Positions 9,165-18,404 of a DNA stretch of 64,000 nt are shown here, piece by piece. A program made the position numbers and the translations under genes. The notes below the pieces were generated by a model. The model was not told the origin of the DNA. It saw only the letters and a list, made by a program, of their open reading frames with translations, and did no database searches. Where the stretch lies: contig CAVQFQ010000006.1 of the NCBI GenBank assembly GCA_963711835.1, forward strand, positions 64,001 to 128,000. The letters are read 5' to 3'. Numbering within the stretch: position 1 is the first letter of the stretch; every line of letters begins with the position of its first letter. Source of the stretch: an uncultured delta proteobacterium (GTDB lineage: Bacteria; Desulfobacterota; RBG-13-43-22).

Positions 9165-10943
9165 TTAATGGTGCCGATCCAGGGAGCTAGCCTCCAGGCA
9201 AGTCCCGATGTAGATCATCCCCAGCCATTTTTCTTTTTCGTCCCAGGTCAGGGAAAGGGCCTGGTCCAATTGGGTTTTAAGCAGCCGCTCGCTATCGGAA
9301 TAGCCCACCCGATAGGCGAAATAAACCGGCGTTTTCGGCGGGTAAACGGTGCCCAGCAGATCTACCAGATTTTTTAATTCTTTCAGTCCCATGAAGAGAG
9401 CCAGGGTATCGCCTTTTTCCAGCGCTGCCTTGAGCAAGGCGGGGTTGTCCTTAAGCGCCCAGAAAGTGGAAAGAATAATCGAGCCCCCTTTGCAGGCCAT
9501 TTCTTTGCCGATCAGGGCATTGGCGGCATTGAAAGCGCTGACGCCGGGAATAATTTCCTTCTGGCTGTCGTCAAACTGAGCGGCGATATGCCGAAGGCTT
9601 CCGTAAATGGAAGGATCCCCATATTCCAGGAGGGCCACGTTTTTGCCCTGCTTGAGTTCCGCTTTAATCAATGCTGCCGCCTCTTCCAACTTTCCCTGGA
9701 GCAGCCGTTTTTTCTCTTCGGCAGACAACTTGGCCAGTTCTTTTCCATAGATGGGTTCCGGCATCAGGTATTTGAAGGGATCAAAAAGGACAGGGCGCTC
9801 CCCGATATAGGAGGCGAACCTTTTTTTGATGTCATCGGAACAGATAAAGACATCGGCCCGGCCTATGGCCGATAGCGCTTTCCGGGTCAACAGATCCGGG
9901 TCGGCACAGCCCACACTGATCAGCATGACCTTGGGCTCCCGGCGCAAAGAGATTACCTCGATCCGGGAAACGGCCTTGACCCAGCGGTCGGCGGAAAGGT
10001 CGTCCGGTATGACCAGCTTGAATTTGCCGTCCGCTTTGATGGGCCGACCATCCAGGCGATCGGCAATTACGATCCGCCGGCCCAGAGGGTTAAGTAAAAG
10101 TTCCCCAGCCGAGATCAGCGACCGGTAGCCGTCCGGTGCGGAAATCACCAGGGCCGAATCGAGGGCCGGAGTAATGCCGGCCTTTTTGAGTAATTCCATT
10201 AACGGCACACCCTCAAGAAGGAGGTGGCCATGATAGCCCTTGCCGTCTCCAAAGACCTTCCCCGGCACCTCCAGACGGGGATAAGAAGATAAATCACTAA
10301 GGGACAGGATTTGTTTCCCGTTCTGAACAATTGAAAGGGCCGGGGCGAAGAGTTCCGGGACTTTCTTGGTGGGCAGTTTCAGGTGCAGGTCGATTACTTC
10401 AATACTGGTGATGTTCTCCAGGGATCGCTCGGTGTAGAAATCGTTGGCGACCACCAGCTTCGGAAATCCCACACTTCTCTTCAATGGATCATACCAGATC
10501 CGGTAAACCTCCGGTTTGTGGCAGAGGTTGCAGTCCCTAAAAGGCATGATGGGCGCTGCCTGGGTAGCAATCACGATTTCAGCCGGATTGCGGTAAAAGA
10601 CCTCGCCCCAGGACAGGACCGTTTGTTTTCCCTCCCGGTTACGGATCACAATGGCCAGATCCAGGGGTTTAATAAAAGAGGATTCTCCTTTTTGGATCAC
10701 GGCCGTTTCCAGCAATTCTTTCAAAGGCACCCCGCGGTAGTTGAAAACGCCGTGGAATTTTTTGTCCTGGTTCAGTTCATTGAGACGAACCTGGACCGAT
10801 TGAAAGCGGGCCAGGTCATTCAAGCTTAATTGAAGCGGCTGTTTGACCGCACCAATGATGCTTAAACCTTCCGACGAAACCGCCCAGGACGGCACGGTGT
10901 ATAAAAAAACCCCCAGAAAAAAAATGGCCCACCTCTTTTTCAT
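9165..10943 (-). CDS. Exported fusion: two molybdopterin-oxidoreductase-like (sulfite oxidase fold) repeats with a CxxCH haem c motif, plus a C-terminal CobM-like tetrapyrrole methylase domain
   Basis: Signal peptide ending VPSWA. Repeat 1 LSIIGAVKQPLQLSL..YRGVPLKELL; CNLCH at 10518-10532; repeat 2 EGVPLMELL..APDGY..RWVKAVSRIEV; methylase domain ISVGCADPDLLT..GDPSIYG..IPGVSAFNAA. Confidence 0.75.
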   Translation of the reverse strand: MKKRWAIFFLGVFLYTVPSWAVSSEGLSIIGAVKQPLQLSLNDLARFQSVQVRLNELNQDKKFHGVFNYRGVPLKELLETAVIQKGESSFIKPLDLAIVIRNREGKQTVLSWGEVFYRNPAEIVIATQAAPIMPFRDCNLCHKPEVYRIWYDPLKRSVGFPKLVVANDFYTERSLENITSIEVIDLHLKLPTKKVPELFAPALSIVQNGKQILSLSDLSSYPRLEVPGKVFGDGKGYHGHLLLEGVPLMELLKKAGITPALDSALVISAPDGYRSLISAGELLLNPLGRRIVIADRLDGRPIKADGKFKLVIPDDLSADRWVKAVSRIEVISLRREPKVMLISVGCADPDLLTRKALSAIGRADVFICSDDIKKRFASYIGERPVLFDPFKYLMPEPIYGKELAKLSAEEKKRLLQGKLEEAAALIKAELKQGKNVALLEYGDPSIYGSLRHIAAQFDDSQKEIIPGVSAFNAANALIGKEMACKGGSIILSTFWALKDNPALLKAALEKGDTLALFMGLKELKNLVDLLGTVYPPKTPVYFAYRVGYSDSERLLKTQLDQALSLTWDEKEKWLGMIYIGTCLEASSLDRHH

Positions 10944-10959
10944 TTGATTTGTTTCCTCC

Positions 10960-11718
10960 TTAAACAGATTTTCGCTGCGGAAAATACCAGAGCATGAACA
11001 AGATCAAGAAGGCGAACCCCCAGAAAATAAGGTTTCTACCGGGGTCCTCCTTAATAATGATTTTTAGTTCCGGCTGGGGATTGTTACTCCGGGACATATC
11101 CAGATGGAAGGTAAGACCTTGCCAGGACAATGGTTCCAGGAATCGGATTTGCCGTTCGGTCGTGCTTCCGGCGGAACTAACCCTCAGGATCACCGAACAC
11201 TGTCTAAGCATCCCCCTAATTGGGGCCGGTGAGGCATACCGTTCACAGGCTTGAGAAATCACCTCCGCTTGTGATGAACCAGGCAGGTTGATCTGGGTTC
11301 CCGGTTTGGCTGGAATAATTTGGTTGTAACCGGCCACCAGACTGATCCCATGGCCGACCAGAATGACCAGGAAGCCCAAATGGATTAAAGAGGGGCTGAT
11401 TCTGATTGAGAACGACTTGAAACCGAGCTGTCTGCGAAGGGGCCAGAGAATAATCAGACGCTTTAGGGCACAGATCAGGGTGTTGGCGCCTAAAAAAAAC
11501 AGAAGAAGCAGTAACGTTCCCAGCCACCAGATCCGACCGGATTGCCGAAGGCCGACCCGCCGGACCCATTCCTGAATCAGCAGGTGATTTAAGGTATTGA
11601 ATAAGGAAAAATTGAATTTAAGGTAGTAGGAACCGATGCCTAAATTGAGCGAGATCAATAACAGCAACCAGAAATTGACCCAGACGTTGCCGCAGAAATC
11701 CCAAATTTTTTTCAACAT
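10960..11718 (-). CDS. Short ResB/CcsB-like cytochrome c biogenesis membrane protein
   Basis: Three N-terminal TMs with NTLIC and HLGFLVILVG (conserved His), a periplasmic domain, then DPG plus a C-terminal TM; adjacent to ccsA. ATG 11718 preferred over TTG 11733. Confidence 0.6.
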   Translation of the reverse strand: MLKKIWDFCGNVWVNFWLLLLISLNLGIGSYYLKFNFSLFNTLNHLLIQEWVRRVGLRQSGRIWWLGTLLLLLFFLGANTLICALKRLIILWPLRRQLGFKSFSIRISPSLIHLGFLVILVGHGISLVAGYNQIIPAKPGTQINLPGSSQAEVISQACERYASPAPIRGMLRQCSVILRVSSAGSTTERQIRFLEPLSWQGLTFHLDMSRSNNPQPELKIIIKEDPGRNLIFWGFAFLILFMLWYFPQRKSV

Positions 11719-11722
11719 GTCC

Positions 11723-12475
11723 CTACCCTCCAATCCGGGGGATAGCGGCCTCTGTAAACAATCCCCCGTAACCGTAGAGGAGGACCAGGAAAAGGCCGAA
11801 CAAGGAAAAGCGGGCCTCGGTCTTCAGATTCCAGATTGACCGGTAGCGTAAGTGAAGCAGGGCGGCGTAGAAGCACCAGAGGGAAGCGGACTGCAGGTGC
11901 CGGTTGCTCCAATGAAGGGGCGTGGCCCAACCCAAATAGGCCCAGTAAGCGCCTAACACCTGGGCAATGCTGTAGAAGATAAACCCCCAAACGAGGAAGG
12001 AATGGAAGATTCGCGCCGGCTCCCGCTTAATTAAGTTGAGAATGGCCAGGGAGCTTCCGGCGATAAAACAAGCCTGGCCCAGGACTTCAAACATAAAAAA
12101 TAATACCGAAAAAATTGTTTGGGTTTTTGGCCCTGGAGGAATAACCCCCGTTGGAAAAAGAAGGGTGGCCAGGGAAAGAATAACGATCGGGATCAACAGA
12201 CCTTCGCTTAAGGAAGCATCCTTGGAAAAGTAGGTAAGCCCCAGACTGATCAGTGCCAGGCACCAGGGTAAAAAAAAGACGGTTTCAAAAAGGGGGTTAG
12301 GGATCCAGATCCCGATAAGCAGGCTCCGGTTAATGATAAAAAGGGTATGAAGCGTAAAACCGAGTCCAAGCAAAAACAGCATGATCCTCGGCCGGCGCCA
12401 TAGCCGGGCCAGCAGTCCTGCTCCGTAAAGCCCGATGACTATCGGAAAAATTTGGATACCTATTCCTGAGGTCAT
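11723..12475 (-). CDS. ccsA: CcsA/ResC-like cytochrome c assembly protein (divergent WWD domain)
   Basis: GFTLHT, P.NPLFET, and LGAYWAYLGWATPLHWSNRH...WCFYAALLH correspond to the GA.WA...WG..W.WD..E..W..Y...LH signature. Confidence 0.75.
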   Translation of the reverse strand: MTSGIGIQIFPIVIGLYGAGLLARLWRRPRIMLFLLGLGFTLHTLFIINRSLLIGIWIPNPLFETVFFLPWCLALISLGLTYFSKDASLSEGLLIPIVILSLATLLFPTGVIPPGPKTQTIFSVLFFMFEVLGQACFIAGSSLAILNLIKREPARIFHSFLVWGFIFYSIAQVLGAYWAYLGWATPLHWSNRHLQSASLWCFYAALLHLRYRSIWNLKTEARFSLFGLFLVLLYGYGGLFTEAAIPRIGG

Positions 12476-12523
12476 TTATAGGGAGTTACCTTTAAAGCTT
12501 ATTGTTATGCTTTTCTTGGCATA

Positions 12524-12549
12524 TATGGCAAGAATGACATATAAGTCAA
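12524..12549 (-). promoter_or_regulatory. Putative operator TATGGCAAGAATGACATA (12524-12541), 2 bp from a -35 TTGACT (12544-12549), heading the ccsA...tonB operon
   Basis: 14/16 match to the palindrome at 40161-40178. A degenerate second site TATGC-N8-GCATA abuts it at 12506-12523. Confidence 0.6.
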
Positions 12550-12705
12550 GATCTTTTTTCCGGAAATTTAAAAGGACCTTGGTCTCAGGTTTGAGGAGGG
12601 GAGCTCCTGAAGCAAAATTCGTGAAAAGGTCATAGCCTTTGGATCTGAAATAGGCTAAAAGATAGAATAAAGCAGGCCGTCACTGAAAATTGCCGGAGGT
12701 TCCCT

Positions 12706-13447
12706 ATGGTGAAAAAGCAGGATGAAACAGGAACGGATTACCTTCCTGAAAGCGCCCTGGCCATCGTGGCCCATCCCGATGATATCGAATTCACCTGCGC
12801 CGGGACGTTGGCCCTCTGGGCTGGAAAGGACGCCCGGGTTGGCTATGTCCTTTGCACCAGCGGCGATGCCGGGATCGATGACCCTGAGATTTCAAAGGCC
12901 CAGGCCGCTCAAATCCGAGAGAAAGAACAGTCGGCCGCTGCCGATAAGATCGGGGTAAAGGAAGTGGTCTTTCTCAGGGAACCCGACGGCCTGCTCCAGG
13001 CCACACTGGCCTTGCGGAAAAAGATTGTCCGGGAGATCCGGCGATTCCGTCCCGAGGTGGTCATGTGCTGGGACCCGACCGTGGTCTGGATCAATGACCG
13101 GATGATCAATCACCCGGACCACCGGGCCGCCGCTTTAGCGGCCCTGGATGCCGTTTTCCCGGCGGCCGGTCAGCCCCATCTCTATGAAGATCTCGAAGCC
13201 GAGGGGTTTCTTCCTCATAAACCCCATAAACTCTATGTGGTAAGCTGGGGTCCGGCCGACCTTTATGTGAATATTGAAGAAACCCTGCCCCTCAAAATCG
13301 CTGCCGTAAAAAAGCATACCAGCCAATTCAAGAATTGGGATCCGGAAAGTGTTTATAAAGGAGATGGCCTCCCAAGCCGGTCGGGAGAAAGGGTTGAAAT
13401 TCGCCGAGGCCTTCCGGGTCATTTCCCTGACCGAATACCCATCCTGA
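12706..13447 (+). CDS. PIG-L/LmbE-family deacetylase (apparent +1 frameshift at about 13346-13348)
   Basis: AHPDDIE, TSGDAG, REKEQ, HPDH. The family C-terminus (IKEMASQAGREKGLKFAEAFRVI, stop 13445-13447) lies in another frame from the 12706..13539 ORF. Confidence 0.85.
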
Positions 13448-13566
13448 CTTACCGATACCCTTATATAATACACCCTCTCCGGATTAATCCCGCCTATAGC
13501 CGGCCCCATTATCATCATAATTACCTATTTGACTCATAGATTATCTTAATCTATCTTGCTAACGTT

Positions 13567-14091
13567 ATGGGAGAGAAGAAAGGGAGCCGCCGGGTCTCCA
13601 ACTGGAAGGGCGGCTTTCCCGGTCGAGGACGTATTTCATGGATTACTCTGGCCGTCCGTGTGGTCTTGGGCGGAATTTTTATTTATGCTGGGACCATGAA
13701 ATTGCTGGACCCGAAGGCCTTTGCCCGGATTATTTCCCAATATGACTTGGTTCCGGAAAGCCTTTTGCCTGTCATAGCCATAGGTTTACCCGGCTTGGAG
13801 GTCATAGCGGGAATCGGACTTATCTGGGCCTTTCCCGGTAGTCTGGGGGTAATTTCCAGCCTCCTGATGCTTTTCGTCGGGGTGCTCTGGTACGGCATTC
13901 TAAAGGACTTGGATGTGGATTGCGGCTGTTTTTCAGCCGAAGAACTTGCAAAACAGGGAGACCTCTGGCAGGCCTTTTACCGGGATTTCCTGATGATCGG
14001 GGCAGCTCTTTTCCTGTTTGTTTCCCGGTGGATGCAGTCGGGTCGCAATAAAAGCTTGCCCCTGTGGGCAAAAATAAAACTCACCTTGTAA
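13567..14091 (+). CDS. MauE/DoxX-family redox-associated membrane protein
   Basis: RVVLGGIFIYAG..K, PGLEVIAG, DVDCGCF, RDFLM. Confidence 0.85.
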   Translation: MGEKKGSRRVSNWKGGFPGRGRISWITLAVRVVLGGIFIYAGTMKLLDPKAFARIISQYDLVPESLLPVIAIGLPGLEVIAGIGLIWAFPGSLGVISSLLMLFVGVLWYGILKDLDVDCGCFSAEELAKQGDLWQAFYRDFLMIGAALFLFVSRWMQSGRNKSLPLWAKIKLTL

Positions 14092-14106
14092 GGGGGAAAT
14101 TGAAAG

Positions 14107-14619
14107 ATGTTGAAGAAGAGAATTGGATTGATTGGTTTTTTGGGGATTTTTCTGGTGATGGGTTTTGCTACCAATGGATTAGCCGCCTGGGGCAGCAAGG
14201 AAATGGATACGGAAAAGATTGCGCTGAACTTCGCCCGGGAGGTGGAACGGGGCGGATATAAGATTGTTTCCACGGAAGAATTAAAGGGTTGGATCGACCA
14301 GAAGAAAGAGCTGCTGATTGTCGATACCATGCCTTTTGAAGATAGTTATAAAAAGCAGCATGTGCCGGGGGCGGTTCAAATGGAATTCCCCATCCCGGAA
14401 ATGACCCAACTGGACGACAAGAAGAAAGCGGATATCGAAAAACTGCTGGGACCCAACAAAGACCGTCTGATCGTCATCTATTGCGGGTTTACCAAATGCA
14501 CCCGCAGCCACAACGGGGCCATGTGGGCCGTTAAAATGGGCTATAAGAATGTTTACCGCTATCCCGGCGGCATCAAGGCCTGGGATGAAGCGGGATACCC
14601 GGTTGAAAAAGTTAAATAA
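14107..14619 (+). CDS. Periplasmic single-domain rhodanese/sulfurtransferase
   Basis: Signal peptide; IVDTMP..YKKQHVPGA; active-site loop YCGFTKCTRS; GYKNVYRYPGGIKAW. Confidence 0.88.
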   Translation: MLKKRIGLIGFLGIFLVMGFATNGLAAWGSKEMDTEKIALNFAREVERGGYKIVSTEELKGWIDQKKELLIVDTMPFEDSYKKQHVPGAVQMEFPIPEMTQLDDKKKADIEKLLGPNKDRLIVIYCGFTKCTRSHNGAMWAVKMGYKNVYRYPGGIKAWDEAGYPVEKVK

Positions 14620-14700
14620 TTTTCACATGATGATACCTTCCAATCCCCTCCGGATTCTGAGCGCACCGGTTCAACAGGACCGGAGGGGAAGCTTTGTACT

Positions 14701-15369
14701 ATGCTGTCACGTTTATTGACCATCCTATCGGTCGGGGTGGTCGCAACCCTGATCATTGCCTCGGCCGGTTCAGGACCTTTATCGGCCCAGGACCTGAACC
14801 CCTTTCCAACGAAGGCCCACCCTCTTTTAGCGGACGTTAAAAACAAGCGGGTTTTAATCTACGCCGAAGTCAATCCTAAAAATCAGGGCAATTCCAACCC
14901 ACATTGGTGCGTTGTTTTTCAGGGCGGGAAGCTGAAGGACAAGGCCATCCTACAGGCCTTCTGCACGCCACAGGAATTCCACGACGCCCTATTGCAAATC
15001 GGCGCCAGGCCCGGAAACAACCTGACCCTCCGCAGTTCCGGGGAGGTCATTGGGGGCGATGAACTCCAGGTTTCGGTCACCTGGCCCGGCCTTTCCCGGC
15101 CCCTGGGGTTGTCCGATATCCTGGACGATTCCTCCGGGAAGGGCTTCCGGATCCGGTTCGGCGGCAACCGGCAGCGGGCCATCGAAGAAAGCACCGGCTG
15201 CATCACCTGCCTGGAAAGCTGCCCCATTGGCATCACCAGCAACGCCGCTTATCCGGCCATCGGCGGCTTTAAAAGGCTGATGTCGCCCAATTCGCAGTTT
15301 AAATTAAAGAGCGAAAAAGTCCCCCGCCAGGGGGGCCTGATTCTGATTTACAGCCTGAAATCAAATTAA
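14701..15369 (+). CDS. Exported YdjY-like protein with CxxCxxxC motif
   Basis: Signal peptide; FHDALLQIGARPGNN, FGGN, TGCITCLESCPIGITSNA. Confidence 0.65.
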   Translation: MLSRLLTILSVGVVATLIIASAGSGPLSAQDLNPFPTKAHPLLADVKNKRVLIYAEVNPKNQGNSNPHWCVVFQGGKLKDKAILQAFCTPQEFHDALLQIGARPGNNLTLRSSGEVIGGDELQVSVTWPGLSRPLGLSDILDDSSGKGFRIRFGGNRQRAIEESTGCITCLESCPIGITSNAAYPAIGGFKRLMSPNSQFKLKSEKVPRQGGLILIYSLKSN

Positions 15370-15372
15370 ATT

Positions 15373-15890
15373 ATGATTCGGTTTGTTCATCTTGAGAGAA
15401 GATTTGAGAAAGAACTGGATGCCCTTGGGAAACGCGGCGAGAAGGGGCGGCTGCCGCCCGAAAAGCCGAAGCGCTCATCGCGGCCTTGACCCAAAAAGGG
15501 CCCCCCGATTTAAAAAAAGTCTGGAAATTGACCGCCAGGGGAGAAAATCGGATTGAAGGCTGCATCAAATACGACCTGGGCGAGGGCTTTCGGGTGATCT
15601 GTTTTCGCCGTGGGGGAACACTTTTTGTTTCCTATATCGGATCCCATGAAGAATGCCACAACTGGTTGTACCATTACAGTGGCCGCCATCACTGGGTAGC
15701 CAAGGAAAACGGCACCACCATCCCCGTCCAATTGACTGAAATCTCGGATGGTTGGAAAACGGGGTCTTTGGATGGGGACCTGGAAGATGATTATGACGAT
15801 CTCTTGATGGAACAGATCGATGATAAAACACTGAGAAAGATTTTCAGCGGCCTGGTTAAAAATGGAAAACAACCGGATAAATCCCTTTAA
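15373..15890 (+). CDS. Hypothetical protein, possibly RelE/ParE-like fold (apparent -1 frameshift at 15444-15447)
   Basis: ATG 15373 MIRFVHLERRFEKELDALGKRGEKG joins AAAARKAEALIAALTQKG of the 15486..15890 frame if one G is added; KYDLGEGFRVICF..YIGSHEEC; acidic tail. Confidence 0.5.
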
Positions 15891-16993
15891 GGAAATCTCT
15901 GAAAAGTGCATCGCCTGCCCCCTCTGCCGGCGGGAGTGCGCCTTTTTAGAGAAGTATGGAAATCCCAAAGAGATCGCCGATCGGATCGATCCGGGCGTGG
16001 ACGCCACCTTAACCTTGGCCTTTGAATGCAGTCTTTGCGGGCTATGCGGGGCCGTCTGCCCGGTTAGATCTTGACCCCAGGGACTTGTTTCTGGAAATGC
16101 GTCGGGGAGCGGTTAAAAAGGGTATCGCCCCGTTTCCCGAGCATAAGATGCTCCTGGATTACGAAAAAAGGGGAACTTCGAGAAGATACTCCTATTATGC
16201 CCTGCCGGAAGGTTGCGACACTATTTTTTTCCCGGGCTGCGGGCTTCCAGGCACCCGGCCAAAGCGAACCCTCCAGGTATTTGAACGCCTTCAGTCTTTT
16301 ATTCCCAGTCTGGGAATCGTCCTGGATTGCTGCACCAAACCCTCTCATGATTTAGGATGTCAGGATTATTTTCTGGCTATTTTCGGCGAAATGAGAGACT
16401 ACCTGGTCCAGAACGGCGTCCGGACCGTTCTTACGGCTTGTCCCAACTGTTTACGGGTCTTTAAGGAAAACGGGAATGGACTGGAGATTAAAACCGTATA
16501 TGAAGTCCTGGCTGAAAAGGGCCTGCCCGTCAACCAGACCCCAACCGGAAAACCGGTGGTCATCCATGACCCCTGCGCGATCCGCCATGAAATTCCGATC
16601 CACGACGCCGTCCGGACCCTGGTTAGAAACCAGGGTCTGCAAGTGGAGGAAATGTCCCATCAGGGTCTAAAAACCCTTTGCTGCGGTGAAGGAGGGGCGG
16701 TTGGGATGCTGGCCCCGGAACTGGCTTGGCAGTGGGGCCAAAAACGCAAAACCGAAGCCGAAAACAGGGTGCTGGTAACGTATTGCGTCGGATGTTCCAG
16801 TCTTTTAAGCAAACTGACCCCCACCTTTCATCTGCTTGATCTGGCCTTCGAACCCGAGGCCACCCTGCAGGGCCGGGTTAAAGCGTCCGGACCCCCCTGG
16901 ACCTATTGGAACCGCCTTATAGTAAAAAAAAAATTAAAAAAGATTATCCAAACCCCGGTAACCCGGGAGAGAATCCTCCACACTGAACGATAA
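15862..16993 (+). CDS. Fe-S oxidoreductase, 2x[4Fe-4S] plus two CCG domains (HdrD/GlpC-like), split by a +1 frameshift at about 16064-16066
   Basis: CIACPLCRREC and CSLCGLCGAVCP in ORF 15862..16074 continue into DLDPRDLF..FFPGC..DCC..ACPNC..HDPC..CCGEGG..YCVGC in ORF 16022..16993. Confidence 0.8.
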
Positions 16994-17150
16994 AAGTTTT
17001 TTATAATTAAAACAGTTTGTTTGACAATTTCGGGCTTCAAGCAAATTTCACACCAGTTGAGGCCAAGCATCCTAAAAAATAGCGCTCATTTTTTACTTTT
17101 CGGGAAAGTCTCGGATCTGCAACCTCCAAAACTTTTACAACATCGAGGTG
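16982..17150. mobile_element. MITE-like family A, partial copy lacking the internal 72-bp hairpin cassette
   Basis: Aligns to 26807-27071 (cgggaaagtc|tcggatctgcaac...acttttacaacatcgaggt). Confidence 0.65.
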
Positions 17151-17397
17151 AACCCAAGACTATGGTGTAAAAAAATACCTTCCGGGAGATATATGGAATT
17201 TGAAAACTAACAAAAAAAGGGATATAAAGGTTATCATAAAACAAAGGCAGTTATGGGGGGATCCTTCCCCATGCTCGCCGGGAAGGAGGAAAAGAGTGGG
17301 AGGGGGAGAAATAAGGGAAATTTTCTAATTTTTAACCAGGCTGTTCAGACCGGTTTGATCACAGGCCGGTAAAAAATGTTGCAAAAGGAGGCAACCT

Positions 17398-18351
17398 ATG
17401 AAGTTCGAAATTGGATTAGCCAAACCAAACGCCGAGGAACGCCTTAAAAACCGGGGCATCTCGCGAAGGGAATTCTTAAAATTTTGCGGTACGGTTGCGG
17501 TCGTAATGGGGCTGGAGGCCTCTTACGCCAAAGAGATCGCCGCCGCCCTGACGGCCCAAAAGCGCCCTTCGGTGGTCTACCTGCACAACGCCGAGTGCAC
17601 CGGGTGCTCCGAGGCGGTGCTGCGAACCGTTGATCCATTCATCGATGAATTGATTCTGGACACGATTTCCCTGGATTATCACGAAACGCTGATGGCCGCT
17701 GCCGGTCAGGCGGCCGAAGACGCCCTGCATAAGGCCTTAAAATCTCCGGAGGGTTATATTTGTGTGATAGAGGGCGCCATCCCCACCAAGGACGGCGGCC
17801 TCTACGGGAAAATCGCCGGCAAATCCATGCTGCAGATTTGCAGTGAAATCGCCCCCAAGGCCAAGGCGGTCATCGCTATTGGGGCCTGCGCTACCTTTGG
17901 AGGCGTTCAGGCGGCCAAACCCAACCCTACCGGCGCCAAAGGAGTCAATGAGGCCTTGAAAAAACTTGGGGTCAAGGCCATCAATATCGCCGGCTGCCCG
18001 CCCAATCCCTATAATTTCGTAGGAACGGTGGTTCACCTGCTCACCAAGGGTATGCCTAAGCTCGACAATCTCAATCGCCCCCTCATGTTTTACGGGGAAA
18101 CGGTCCACGACCAATGCCCCAGGGTTAAACACTTTGATAAACAGGAATATGCCCCCTCCTTTGGTTCGGAAGAGGCCAAGAAAGGTTGGTGCTTATATCA
18201 ATTAGGGTGTAAAGGACCCGACACCTTTAATAACTGTCCCAAGATCAAGTTCAACCAGACCAACTGGCCGGTCCAGGCCGGGCATCCATGCATCGGTTGC
18301 AGCGAACCGGGTTTCTGGGACGCCATGAGTCCCTTTTATGTCCAAAAATAA
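17398..18351 (+). CDS. hynB: Periplasmic [NiFe] hydrogenase small subunit (Desulfovibrio HynB type)
   Basis: Tat leader SRREFLK; [42 protein letters not shown]. Confidence 0.95.
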   Translation: MKFEIGLAKPNAEERLKNRGISRREFLKFCGTVAVVMGLEASYAKEIAAALTAQKRPSVVYLHNAECTGCSEAVLRTVDPFIDELILDTISLDYHETLMAAAGQAAEDALHKALKSPEGYICVIEGAIPTKDGGLYGKIAGKSMLQICSEIAPKAKAVIAIGACATFGGVQAAKPNPTGAKGVNEALKKLGVKAINIAGCPPNPYNFVGTVVHLLTKGMPKLDNLNRPLMFYGETVHDQCPRVKHFDKQEYAPSFGSEEAKKGWCLYQLGCKGPDTFNNCPKIKFNQTNWPVQAGHPCIGCSEPGFWDAMSPFYVQK

Positions 18352-18404
18352 GCTGACGTGCCTGGCCGCATGTTTTATTTAATGTATCTAAGGAGGATAC
18401 CATA

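Noticed and set aside
12476-12705. Cobalamin riboswitch ahead of the CobM-like/TonB receptor operon
   Set aside because: The -35 lies only about 70 bp from the start codon, leaving no room, and no B12-box was recognised. This weakens a plain B12-uptake reading but does not exclude it.
16072-16074. TGA ending the 70-aa ferredoxin ORF as selenocysteine
   Set aside because: The continuation is in a different frame, so this is a frameshift rather than read-through.
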